51,441 nucleotides of DNA from positions 64,812 to 116,252 of the forward strand of contig CP070712.1 in NCBI GenBank assembly GCA_020350365.1. The letters are read 5' to 3'. The notes beneath the pieces were generated by a model. It did not search any database. It saw only the letters and a program-made list of their open reading frames with translations, and was not told the origin of the DNA. A program made the position numbers and the translations under genes. Position 1 is the stretch's first letter. The number at the start of each line of letters is the position of its first letter. Positions 8,205 through 17,340 of this stretch are shown one piece after another. Source of the stretch: Thermoplasmatales archaeon. GTDB lineage: Archaea; Thermoplasmatota; E2; DHVEG-1.

Positions 8205-9794
8205 ATGAAAAATAAAATATTAGAAGTATTGATATTTACGCTTTTGATTTCTGCTACTTTTTTACATGTTGCAGGCCTTGAACTGCAAAAAACAAAGAAT
8301 TCAGCCTTAAGACCTGATATTGAATGGGAGAAGACATACGGTAGTTCCATGGTTGATTGGGGACGCTGCGTTCAACAAACCTCAGATGGAGGTTATATTA
8401 TAACTGGTGCCTATGACAGGAATGTCTATTCGCCCTGGTGGGGGTATATATATTTATTGAAAACTGATTCTGATGGTAATTTTGAGTGGGACCAGAAGTA
8501 TGGGATATATCAGTATGATAACCTTGGTAATTATGTTCAAGAAACCTCTGATGGAGGATACATAGTAGCAGGTCATACTGGTTTTACCTATCATATCGAT
8601 GCTTATATTTTAAAAACCGACCCCCTTGGTAATTATTCTTGGATCCGTGTTCTTGGTGAGTTTGATTATGCTGATGATAGTCTAAGTGTCCAAGAGACAA
8701 GTGACGGTGGATATATAATCTCTGGTTGGACTGGTTCCTATAGCGCGGGAAGCAGTGATGCATGGCTTATAAAGCTTAATTCAGATGGAGAGGATGAGTG
8801 GAACAAGACATTTGGAGGGAGCATGCTTGACACAGGAGACTCTGTCAAAGAGACCCTTGATGGTGGATTTGTAATTTGCGGTAGGACTGATTCCTTTGAT
8901 TCTTTTGGTAACGGGGATGCATGGCTTATAAAGACCGATATGTATGGTAATGAACTTTGGAACAAGTCCTATGGTGGGAATTATCTAGATTACGGTAAAA
9001 GTGTATTGCAAACTTCTGATGGCGGGTACGTCTTTTGCGGTTCGACTTATTCGTTTGGTGCAGGAAACCATGATGCATGGCTTGTAAGAACCGATATGTT
9101 TGGATATGAACTCTGGAACAAGACATTTGGTGGAAGCTTGTGGGACCAGGCAAATAGTGTTGTGGAAACCTCAGATGGTGGTTATTTCTTGACTGGGGAT
9201 TATACCGATCCTGTACAGGGTGATTCTGAAATGTACTTGGTAAAGACTGACTCTGACGGAAATGAAGAGTGGAGCTATATAATTGAACACGAAAGTAGGG
9301 GTGTAACTGATTCTGGTTCCTATGGGATTCAAACAAATGATGGAGGTTTTATTGCAACTGGAGAAACCGGTGAATATAATTTGGCCCTGGTTGATATTTT
9401 GCTTGTAAAATTAGAAGGTTCAAATCAAGCACCAAGTGCGCCAGAAATTAATGGTCCTGTAAACGGGAAGACTGGTGTGTCCTATGAATACGGGTTTGTT
9501 TCAATTGACCCGGATGGTGATGATATAGCTGAATATATCGTTGACTGGGATGACGGGTCTAGAATAGAGATAATTTTTGGTCCTTTTGCATCCGGTGAGG
9601 AGATTGCTTTAAATCATACATGGGCGAAGCAAGGGTCCTATACAATTACAGCAAAAGCAAAAGACATCAATGGTTTAGTTGGCCTAAAAGGAACATTTGA
9701 TGTAAGCATTCCAAGAGGTAGAATGTTTCAAAACATACTATTGTTTAGATTGCTAGGGCGATTTATAGATGCTCTTTTTCTTTATTTTCAATAA
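8205..9794 (+). CDS. Secreted seven-repeat beta-propeller-like protein with PKD-like module and divergent cassette tail
   Basis: Seven repeats of ..[QE]T[SL]DGG[YF]...G......DAWL[IV]KTD..GN..W.K.[FY]GG. Module at nt ~9423-9722. Tail IPRGRMFQNILLFRLLGRFIDALFLYFQ*. The ORF track starts at TTG 8193; ATG 8205 (MKNKILEVL...) is the more likely start. Confidence 0.8.
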   Translation: MKNKILEVLIFTLLISATFLHVAGLELQKTKNSALRPDIEWEKTYGSSMVDWGRCVQQTSDGGYIITGAYDRNVYSPWWGYIYLLKTDSDGNFEWDQKYGIYQYDNLGNYVQETSDGGYIVAGHTGFTYHIDAYILKTDPLGNYSWIRVLGEFDYADDSLSVQETSDGGYIISGWTGSYSAGSSDAWLIKLNSDGEDEWNKTFGGSMLDTGDSVKETLDGGFVICGRTDSFDSFGNGDAWLIKTDMYGNELWNKSYGGNYLDYGKSVLQTSDGGYVFCGSTYSFGAGNHDAWLVRTDMFGYELWNKTFGGSLWDQANSVVETSDGGYFLTGDYTDPVQGDSEMYLVKTDSDGNEEWSYIIEHESRGVTDSGSYGIQTNDGGFIATGETGEYNLALVDILLVKLEGSNQAPSAPEINGPVNGKTGVSYEYGFVSIDPDGDDIAEYIVDWDDGSRIEIIFGPFASGEEIALNHTWAKQGSYTITAKAKDINGLVGLKGTFDVSIPRGRMFQNILLFRLLGRFIDALFLYFQ

Positions 9795-9800
9795 AATTAA
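9776..9800 (+). repeat. Left copy of a 25-nt direct repeat flanking the toxin-antitoxin cassette
   Basis: TTTTCTTTATTTTCAATAAAATTAA. It overlaps the last codons and stop of 8205..9794. The partner at 10483-10507 differs at one position. Confidence 0.5.
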
Positions 9801-9950
9801 GAAATACCATAAATAACCTATTTTTAGCATTGATATAACATAATCTATTTATTGCATAGATTAACTCATTTTTTAGTTCTATAGATTGATAATGAGGATT
9901 TAAAGAAAATTATAAATATAAAGTAAGACATATCTTACATTGATTGAATT

Positions 9951-10220
9951 ATGATTGAAGTTGCAATAACAAAACTGAGCTCAAAAGGACAAATTGTAAT
10001 TCCTAGTCACCTAAGAAAGGATTTCAAAATTGGTGAAGAACTATTAATACTAAAAAAGGACAATCAGGTAATTCTACAAAGGATGAAAAATATCGATAAG
10101 AAATTCAAAGAGGAACTGAAATTTGCATTAAGAACTGAAAAGGCACTAACAAAGTACGAAAAAGGGGAGTTTAAACAAAAAAGTGCTAAAGAGTTTTTAG
10201 AAGATCTTGAAAAATGGTAA
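9951..10220 (+). CDS. AbrB/MazE/SpoVT-family antitoxin
   Basis: N-terminal swapped-hairpin signature KLSSKGQIVIPSHLRKDFKIGEEL. 89 aa. Overlaps the downstream toxin gene by 7 nt. Confidence 0.75.
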   Translation: MIEVAITKLSSKGQIVIPSHLRKDFKIGEELLILKKDNQVILQRMKNIDKKFKEELKFALRTEKALTKYEKGEFKQKSAKEFLEDLEKW

Positions 10221-10462
10221 GAGAAGTTGCCTATAGTGATGAGTTCAAAAATAAAGTTAGAAAGCTAGATTCATCTATCAAAATGGAAGTTAAAAAAAAG
10301 ATTGGAAAGATAATAAACAAACCTGATATCGGAAAACCAATGAGATATAGTAGGAAGGGTACAAGAGAATTATATATTTCTTCATTTAGACTATCTTACA
10401 AATATGACAAAACAAATGATATTGTAATTCTTCTGGATTTTTATCATAAAGATGAGCAATGA
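10214..10462 (+). CDS. RelE/ParE-superfamily type II toxin
   Basis: 82 aa basic protein, ..GKPMRYSRKGTRELYISSFRLSYKYDKTNDIVILLDFYHKDE. The size, position and ATGGTAA overlap with the antitoxin are typical. Confidence 0.7.
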   Translation: MVREVAYSDEFKNKVRKLDSSIKMEVKKKIGKIINKPDIGKPMRYSRKGTRELYISSFRLSYKYDKTNDIVILLDFYHKDEQ

Positions 10463-10482
10463 TTATCTATTAGCATACTTTC

Positions 10483-10507
10483 TTTTCTTTATTTTCAATA
10501 CAATTAA
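10483..10507 (+). repeat. Right copy of the 25-nt direct repeat flanking the toxin-antitoxin cassette
   Basis: TTTTCTTTATTTTCAATACAATTAA, 24 of 25 identical to 9776-9800. Confidence 0.5.
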
Positions 10508-10534
10508 AATAAACTAGTTTATTTCTGATTTATT

Positions 10535-11731
10535 ATGACAGTTTATTCTCACTCCAGACTTTCTTGCTTTGAGCAGTGTCCTTACAAATATAAACTATCT
10601 TATATTGATAAGGTTGAAACTGAAATTCCTGAAAGCATTGAAGCTTTTCTTGGAAATCGTGTTCATGAGGTCTTACAAAAGCTGTATGAGGATTTAAAAT
10701 TCCAAAAACAAAATTCTCATGAGGACCTTAAAAAATATTTACATGAGATTTGGGAGAAGAACTGGGATGATTCAATTGTAATTGTTAAAAAAGAGTACAC
10801 AAAAGATAATTATCTAAAAATGGCTGAGAAGTTTATTGCTGATTATTATAATCGTTATCATCCATTTGACCAAGGAAGAACTATTGTCCTTGAAGATAGA
10901 ATTCTAATTACTCTAGATTCTGAAGGTGATTACAAGCTTCAAGGTTATATTGATAGACTTGTGGAAAGCTGTGACGGTTTTTATGAGATACATGATTATA
11001 AGACAAATGCTCGATTGCCATTACCTTCGGAAATTAAGTCTGACCGTCAGCTTGCTCTTTACATGATTGGTGTGAAGAGCAATTATCCTGACGTTAAAGG
11101 TGTTAAGCTTATTTGGCATTTTCTCGCATTTGACAAGGAGATTGATTCAACTAGGTCTGATGATGAGCTTGAAGCTTTAAAAAAAGAAACGATCGCACTC
11201 ATTGACAAGATTGAAAGTGAGGAGAAGTTTGTTGCAAAAACATCTTTTCTTTGTGATTGGTGTGAATACAAGCCGGTATGCAAGCAGTGGGTGCATCTTT
11301 ATAAAATTAAAGAAATGCCTGAGAGCAAGTACTTGAGTGAACCTGGTGTAAAGCTTGTTAATCGTTATGCTGAACTTAAAGAAAAGAAGAAGAAGTTTGT
11401 TGATGAGGTTGAGAGTGAGCTTGAAGAAATAGAAAAAGCTCTTTTTTCGTTTGCTGAAAAGGAAAAAGTTGATGTTGTTTTTGGTAATGAAAATAAAGTA
11501 AGGATTAAAGAAACTGAAACAGTTAAGTTTCCTTCGAAAAGTTCAAAAGAAAGAGAAAAATTGGAAAAGCTGCTGAAGGAAAATGGTATTTGGAAGGAAG
11601 TTGATCAGTTGGATACTGCAGCACTTAACAAACTTTTAAATGAAAATATAATTGATAAAGAGTTGGTTGGGGAGATTAATAAATTTATCAAGTTGGAGAA
11701 AAGTAAGAGAGTTTATTTGAGTAAGATTTAG
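10535..11731 (+). CDS. PD-(D/E)XK nuclease, Cas4/AddB-like with Fe-S cysteines, plus a Lys/Glu-rich C-terminal extension
   Basis: N-terminal YSHSRLSCFEQCPYKYKL. Nuclease core GYIDRL...IHDYKT. Cys cluster CDWCEYKPVC. The last ~140 aa are a K/E-rich predicted coiled coil. Confidence 0.8.
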   Translation: MTVYSHSRLSCFEQCPYKYKLSYIDKVETEIPESIEAFLGNRVHEVLQKLYEDLKFQKQNSHEDLKKYLHEIWEKNWDDSIVIVKKEYTKDNYLKMAEKFIADYYNRYHPFDQGRTIVLEDRILITLDSEGDYKLQGYIDRLVESCDGFYEIHDYKTNARLPLPSEIKSDRQLALYMIGVKSNYPDVKGVKLIWHFLAFDKEIDSTRSDDELEALKKETIALIDKIESEEKFVAKTSFLCDWCEYKPVCKQWVHLYKIKEMPESKYLSEPGVKLVNRYAELKEKKKKFVDEVESELEEIEKALFSFAEKEKVDVVFGNENKVRIKETETVKFPSKSSKEREKLEKLLKENGIWKEVDQLDTAALNKLLNENIIDKELVGEINKFIKLEKSKRVYLSKI

Positions 11732-11823
11732 AGATCATCTCTTACAGGTTATTATTCGTATATTTAAAGAGAAGGAATAAGTTATTATATCAATTTTTGG
11801 GAAATGTATTAAAGAAATTGTTA

Positions 11824-11844
11824 TCGAATCCCGCCAGGTCCGTA
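11824..11844 (+). other. tRNA 3'-end-like fragment (T-loop, T-stem and acceptor 3' strand), a possible att-site remnant
   Basis: TCGAATCCCGCCAGGTCCGTA is a GC-rich island in an AT-rich spacer. It resembles ..TTCGAATCC(T-stem)(acceptor) and is followed by CTTTTTTC. No matching 5' half lies upstream. Confidence 0.4.
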
Positions 11845-11876
11845 CTTTTTTCTTGCTAGATCCGTCAAAAAACCTG

Positions 11877-13091
11877 CTAGTTATTGAGAATTATATATCG
11901 TAGAACTGGAAAATCATTTGGAAAGCATTCTAATAAAAATTTTAATAAATTAAAATCGAAATTAAATATTTTGTATCTTGGTATATTAACAGTTAATGGA
12001 TCAGACCATGGGCTCTCCCATCCATCTACATCTTTGGCTTTAACCCTAATATTATAACTACCCTTTTCTTTCCAAGTATGCTTTGCTTCACATATCTCAT
12101 TAGAATTGTATCTTCCCATCCAATCTGAAAATGTACCATCACCCCAGTCCCATTTGTAATATATTGGATCTAAAGGAGCTGTTGTCTTAGTTGTAAAATT
12201 ATATTCCATATTCGGAACACCAGTGCTAGGTCCTACTGGTTTATGGGGTTTACTTGGAGATAAACGAATAAACATTATTCCTCTGACAGAATTGTTATCA
12301 TAAATACCAATTGGTTCATCATATTCATAAAAACCATCATCAACTCCATTCCATCCCATATTCAAATGAACTTCAAAGTCCTGTCCCCATTGATAACCAT
12401 CAATTACCACAGCATGGCCTGAGGTTCCCTCTATATTTTCCAAATATAACATACATGGACGATGATGATCTATTTCATCAATTATATCTGCAATTGGCGG
12501 ATTGTCAACAAACTCAGTCTGTACAGAAATATACTGAAAATGATCGATAAGTTCAGCCACCATCTCTGTTGCGTTTAACATATAATTATTATGACCAAAG
12601 TTTTTTTGGATTACAGTTGCAGTATCATATAGAAGTTGCGATGTATTATCAATTTCTTCTGGTGAAGAACTTGCATTAAGTTTATCTGGCATATAATCAA
12701 AATCATATGTAAATGCATCTAAATCATTCACACATGGAATATAATCACCCTCTTGGTTTTGATAAAGGTATTCTACAAGTCCATGAGACTGGAGTTCATG
12801 AAATCTCATAATTTGTCCAATAGCAACAGACCAACATCCTAAACGATAATGATTACCAGTTGAATCAGTAGGAGTCTTTACATTATATGGATCATGTTGA
12901 CCCCATTGAGTTGTAAGCAACCAAGTGCTAGGAATAAGGCTTGTAGAAAATGAATTACATTCTCTTTCTGCTTGAGAAAAGCTATCTCGAGTTGAAGTAT
13001 TCATTCCCATTACAGGTATTGTCGTTACTATCAATACCATACAAATTAACGTAATAAGCATTTTTCTAATCATATTTTTTCCTCCCTTCAA
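11877..13091 (-). CDS. Secreted peptidase C10 (streptopain/SpeB-like cysteine protease) with PKD-like module and cassette tail
   Basis: WGQHDPYN, catalytic Cys context LGCWSVAIGQIMRFHE, His context SGHAVVIDGY, and NMGWNGVDDGFYEYD, all matching SpeB landmarks. Tail IPRYKIFNFDFNLLKFLLECFPNDFPVLRYIILNN*. Confidence 0.85.
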   Translation of the reverse strand: MKGGKNMIRKMLITLICMVLIVTTIPVMGMNTSTRDSFSQAERECNSFSTSLIPSTWLLTTQWGQHDPYNVKTPTDSTGNHYRLGCWSVAIGQIMRFHELQSHGLVEYLYQNQEGDYIPCVNDLDAFTYDFDYMPDKLNASSSPEEIDNTSQLLYDTATVIQKNFGHNNYMLNATEMVAELIDHFQYISVQTEFVDNPPIADIIDEIDHHRPCMLYLENIEGTSGHAVVIDGYQWGQDFEVHLNMGWNGVDDGFYEYDEPIGIYDNNSVRGIMFIRLSPSKPHKPVGPSTGVPNMEYNFTTKTTAPLDPIYYKWDWGDGTFSDWMGRYNSNEICEAKHTWKEKGSYNIRVKAKDVDGWESPWSDPLTVNIPRYKIFNFDFNLLKFLLECFPNDFPVLRYIILNN

Positions 13092-13178
13092 TATAGATTT
13101 ATTATACTTTTATTGTTAATAAATATATTCCTCAGAAATTATTAAAATATAATTGCTAATTATTGAGCCCAAGATTGT

Positions 13179-13850
13179 TTACAAACTACTTTTTTCCTTC
13201 ACTCCAACAAACCCATCCTTACCAATAATCACATGATCCAAAACCTTGATTCCCAGAATTTCCCCAGCATCACAAAGCATCTTTGTAACTTCCTCATCTT
13301 CCTTACTTGGCAAACAATCCCCACTAGGATGATTATGAACGATAACAACAGAACTTGCACTAGCTTTTATCGCTGAACAAAAAACCTCACGAGGATGAAT
13401 AATTGAGGAATTCAGAGTACCAACTGATACCACCTCCTCCCCAATAATCCTGTTCTTTGTATCAAGAAACAAAGCAATAAAATGCTCTTTATTTTTAGTA
13501 GAAAGCGCGTCCTTAAAATAATTATAAACATCCTCTGCACTTTTTATTTTAACCTTAAAACCTTTACTTTCTAGCTTGCTTGTTCTTTTAAAAATCTCAA
13601 ACATAGCAACAACCTTCATAGCAGGAACCTGATCTTTGAACTCAGCCTTTAGTTCATGAAAAGAAAGACCAGCAAGCCTATCAAAATTAAACGATTTCAA
13701 GATTCTATTTGAAAGATCAACTGCATTTTCAGATCTGTTGCCTCTTCCAATTACAATTGCAAAAAGCTCGCCATCAGAAAGTGCTTCAGGTCCTTTCTTT
13801 TTTAATCTTACACCAGGTCTATTGTACCAAGGGATATCTTTTATTCTCAT
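13179..13850 (-). CDS. radC: RadC-like JAB/MPN-domain protein
   Basis: JAMM motif HNHPSGDCLPSKEDEEVT and the typical RadC N-terminal helix-hairpin-helix region (LSDGELFAIVIGRG). Confidence 0.85.
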   Translation of the reverse strand: MRIKDIPWYNRPGVRLKKKGPEALSDGELFAIVIGRGNRSENAVDLSNRILKSFNFDRLAGLSFHELKAEFKDQVPAMKVVAMFEIFKRTSKLESKGFKVKIKSAEDVYNYFKDALSTKNKEHFIALFLDTKNRIIGEEVVSVGTLNSSIIHPREVFCSAIKASASSVVIVHNHPSGDCLPSKEDEEVTKMLCDAGEILGIKVLDHVIIGKDGFVGVKEKSSL

Positions 13851-14176
13851 AAGAAATGGATTAGACTTGGTAGATTAATAGATAATGTAATAATTTGTAA
13901 CAAAATAAGAAAAGATTTGCAATACTAGTTTTTATAAATATTATCATGATGATCAAGGTCAAAGAAATAAATTGAATCATTACTGCACAAATACATAGCA
14001 AGATTTTAAACATAATCAAAAGAATTTGGTTAAATTAAGATTAATAGAAATTAGAAGTATAAAAATTTGAACTAAATAAATTTTTTATCTATAATCTTTT
14101 CAACTTCGTTCAATTTATTTTTAGTAACTATTAAGAAATTTTAAATTCTTCATTTTATTAATAAAGGAGGAAGAAT

Positions 14177-14668
14177 ATGAAAAGAAAAATATTGGTTATA
14201 ATGATTTGTATATTTTTTATTACCACAGCAGCCTCTGTTTCAACAATAGCAATTAAATGTGAAAGAAAACCTGTTGCACATACTACTAAGGAAAATTCAC
14301 CACCTGATATCCCAACAGTTGAGATTCCTGAAAATGTGGCAAGAGGTCATTGGATTTATATAAATACAGTTACTACTGATCCTGATAATGATAATGTCTA
14401 TTATAAATATGACATCGATGGGCATGATTATGGATGGGTAGGTCCTTTTGAATCTGGTAAGGAACATATTGAAAAGATTATTGTCATAGTTCCTGTCGGA
14501 ACCTATACTTTAGGTGTTCAAGCAAAAGACACATATGGAGCAGAAAGTGAATGGACTTATGCTCTTTTTAATGTAATTAAACCAAGATCAGTTTCATCAC
14601 CTTTTATCAATTTCTTACAAAGTCATCCAAACCTGTTCCCAATGTTAAGATACATTCTAGGACTTTAA
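14177..14668 (+). CDS. Minimal cassette-only secreted protein (signal peptide + short linker + PKD-like module + tail, 163 aa)
   Basis: MKRKILVIMICIFFITTAAS signal. Module ..NSPPDIPTVE..TTDPDNDNVYYKYDIDGHDYGWVGPFESG..AKDTYGAESEW. Tail IKPRSVSSPFINFLQSHPNLFPMLRYILGL*. AAGGAGG RBS. Confidence 0.75.
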   Translation: MKRKILVIMICIFFITTAASVSTIAIKCERKPVAHTTKENSPPDIPTVEIPENVARGHWIYINTVTTDPDNDNVYYKYDIDGHDYGWVGPFESGKEHIEKIIVIVPVGTYTLGVQAKDTYGAESEWTYALFNVIKPRSVSSPFINFLQSHPNLFPMLRYILGL

Positions 14669-14690
14669 TTTGTCCTAATCTTTTTTTTTT
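14658..14690 (+). terminator. Hairpin spanning the stop codon of 14177..14668, followed by T10
   Basis: TAGGAC (14658-14663), loop TTTAATTT (contains TAA at 14666-14668), GTCCTA (14672-14677), then ATC + T10 (14681-14690). Confidence 0.55.
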
Positions 14691-14726
14691 ATTCTAAAAT
14701 GAATTTTTTGATTATATATTGCTCAA

Positions 14727-15911
14727 TTATTCAATATTTACCCCATCAATAATAATGCTTGCTCCAGGATCAGCTGACGTCTCACCTGCAAAACTAGTGT
14801 TAAATAGCATGATAGTTGAATTATCAAGAGCAACCAATGAATCCTCAACAACAGAATCATGTATTTCAACAATTGCATCATTTGCAGCTGACATATAGAA
14901 AATAAAGGAGTCATAAACAAAGAACTTTGCTCTGTTATATGCCCAGGGGTCCATCATAAAACAGTCTCTTACAGTCAGTTCAAAATCACCTGTAACAATT
15001 GGCCACCACCCATCAACATAGGTATTTATTAAACGAAGGGATGCGTTGTTTGCCTGAAATATGAAATCATCATATGACATGTTCTTAAGACCAACAATTT
15101 CAGCGGATATGCCAACAGAATGTTTCTGTCCAAAGCCGTCACCAAATATCCATCCAAGCTCAAGAGGGTCAGTGTTTCTAACAATTACGTCCACACCAGC
15201 CCAGATATCAATATCAAGATTTGTAATTGTTGAGTTAAAGACATCAACTGAACCTTCAAAATAATCTGGATACCACTCTTCAACAAATCCGTTTGGAAAC
15301 TCAAATTCATAATCGATTTCAGGCTTTAGATCGATTTCAAAATAAACAGAGTTTGAATCTCTAATGATTAACGAACCTCTGAACGCATCATCTATCTCAT
15401 CGGAATTTGCAAAGATTGTAATTCCCGCAGCAGCTCGAATTAACTCTGCATCAACGTTCTGCTCGACTGTTTGCCAGGGTGAATTTTCATTTTCAAAATC
15501 AACAATTCTAATTATTGCATTGTCAAAATATTCAAAATTATACCATCGCCAATCAATGCTTTGATAATAGCAATTATCAATATGCAGGGTTGCATTGTTT
15601 TTAACAACAAGTGCGTATTGCTTGTTGTATTCTATATCAATTGTAATTCTTGAGTTGATTATTTCCAGTTTCGAATTGTCCAAAACCTCTATGTTTCCAC
15701 GGACAATGAGTTCTTTGTCCTCATATATTTGCTCTTGATTTCCAGACAGAATTAGACCATCTAAAATTACTTGCTCAAGTTGCGTATCTTCAGTAATTAT
15801 TGGTTTTTGATTTAACTGATAATCATCATCATTAACTTGATCTTGAACGCATCCAGTTAATAAGATCAAAATGATTGTAATAATATAAAATTTTAAATTA
15901 ATCCTTATCAT
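14727..15911 (-). CDS. Putative lipoprotein, hypothetical (beta-rich; no cassette)
   Basis: Signal peptide with lipobox-like LLTGC. 394 aa. No catalytic motif recognised. Confidence 0.6.
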   Translation of the reverse strand: MIRINLKFYIITIILILLTGCVQDQVNDDDYQLNQKPIITEDTQLEQVILDGLILSGNQEQIYEDKELIVRGNIEVLDNSKLEIINSRITIDIEYNKQYALVVKNNATLHIDNCYYQSIDWRWYNFEYFDNAIIRIVDFENENSPWQTVEQNVDAELIRAAAGITIFANSDEIDDAFRGSLIIRDSNSVYFEIDLKPEIDYEFEFPNGFVEEWYPDYFEGSVDVFNSTITNLDIDIWAGVDVIVRNTDPLELGWIFGDGFGQKHSVGISAEIVGLKNMSYDDFIFQANNASLRLINTYVDGWWPIVTGDFELTVRDCFMMDPWAYNRAKFFVYDSFIFYMSAANDAIVEIHDSVVEDSLVALDNSTIMLFNTSFAGETSADPGASIIIDGVNIE

Positions 15912-16027
15912 GGCAATCCCAATCCAAATTAAGTAACAAATAATTATTTTAAAAAACTTGCTAGGATTTTACATATATAGCAAGCAACTAATTTTATTAA
16001 TAGCTATTGCTTTTCAACCAATTGGAG

Positions 16028-17308
16028 ATGGGAATGAAAGAAAGATACGTGTCAATTCTAACTCTTTTTATTATTTCATTATTGGTTTTATGTGGTTGTA
16101 CAACAAATGAAACAAATAAAAATGAAGCGGAAAAAGAAAATGAAACAGTATCTGATGAATGCGGAAATGATGTCGGAAATGGTTTTGAGATAATAACTGG
16201 TCCTGATATTGATGCATTCGAGGGAGATGTTGATAATCCTTTTAGAAGTTTATCAGTTCATCCGACAGATCCAGATACAATTCTTGTTGGAACAGAGGGT
16301 AATGGTTTTTTAAAATCAACAGATGGTGGAAACTCTTGGGAACGCTTGAGGCTTGGTCTAAGACATAGTGAACTTGGCTATCCTGAGATATATGATATCT
16401 CCTGGTCTCAGAGTAATCCTGAAATTATATATGCAGCAACAACAAATGGTCCTGGACCTGTTACAGGATCAATTGGTTCGGATGCAGGAATCTATAAAAG
16501 CACTGACGGTGGACAGACATGGGTGCGAAAGAATTGTAACATTCCATGTTCTGCTATTCTTAGTGTTTATGTCGATTCCATCGATGAAGACCATGTTTTT
16601 GTTGGAGTTGAAGATGGCAAGTCGACTAGAACCGGAACATATTTTTCTGGTGGAATGTACGAAACAACTGATGGTGGTGAGAGATGGGAGCTTGTTGAGC
16701 TTGGGCCTTTAGACTATCAAAACACATATGTTTTGTTCAGATGTTCAAAGGATGAAGGCACTCTAATTACTTATGGCCTGGATAGTAGGTATGATAAATA
16801 CAGCACTGATGATATCGGATTTCTAAAGAGCAATGATAGTGGATTTATTTGGGAGGAATTTGCACCTGAACTTAAAAGCATTGGAGTATCCTTTTTTGAT
16901 ATCTCAAGTGATGGAAGTAAAATTTATGTGGTAGCTGAAGGAGTGTTTTATATTTCAACTGACGCAGGAGTAAGTTGGACCAACAAGGACATGCATACCG
17001 GAGCTTTATATTTTGTATCAGTATCTCCTGCTGATAAAAATAGGGTCTTATTTGGAAAAGATGCTGATCTTTATTTGTCAAAGGATGGATTAGATACTTT
17101 TGAAAAGGTAATTGAAATTGAAAGAACAGGTAGCATTCATTTTGCAGATATTGTTTTTGCACCTAGCAGTCCTAATATTGTATATGCAATAACAACTGGA
17201 GATTATCCTTCAACACCCGGCTATAATCTTTACCGGAGCAATAATTCAGGTGACAGTTTTACAAAAATAGTTAATCTTAGAACTGATGTATTGAACGTCA
17301 TTCCATAA
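16028..17308 (+). CDS. Putative lipoprotein with BNR/Asp-box repeats (sialidase/Ycf48-like beta-propeller)
   Basis: Asp-box repeats STDGGNSWE, STDGGQTWV, TTDGGERWE, SNDSGFIWE, STDAGVSWT, SNNSGDSF. Lipobox-like LVLCGC. The ORF track starts at TTG 16007; ATG 16028 or 16034 is more likely. Confidence 0.75.
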   Translation: MGMKERYVSILTLFIISLLVLCGCTTNETNKNEAEKENETVSDECGNDVGNGFEIITGPDIDAFEGDVDNPFRSLSVHPTDPDTILVGTEGNGFLKSTDGGNSWERLRLGLRHSELGYPEIYDISWSQSNPEIIYAATTNGPGPVTGSIGSDAGIYKSTDGGQTWVRKNCNIPCSAILSVYVDSIDEDHVFVGVEDGKSTRTGTYFSGGMYETTDGGERWELVELGPLDYQNTYVLFRCSKDEGTLITYGLDSRYDKYSTDDIGFLKSNDSGFIWEEFAPELKSIGVSFFDISSDGSKIYVVAEGVFYISTDAGVSWTNKDMHTGALYFVSVSPADKNRVLFGKDADLYLSKDGLDTFEKVIEIERTGSIHFADIVFAPSSPNIVYAITTGDYPSTPGYNLYRSNNSGDSFTKIVNLRTDVLNVIP

Positions 17309-17340
17309 TTTAAAATAATAATTATATTATTTCTGGAACC

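Noticed and set aside
8926-9336. 136-aa ORF antisense to the propeller gene 8205..9794 (also 8738..8965)
   Set aside because: It lies wholly inside, and antisense to, a CDS with strong repeat, domain and signal-peptide evidence. Its translation is low-complexity (H/Q/R/S-rich) with no RBS. It is a typical shadow ORF.
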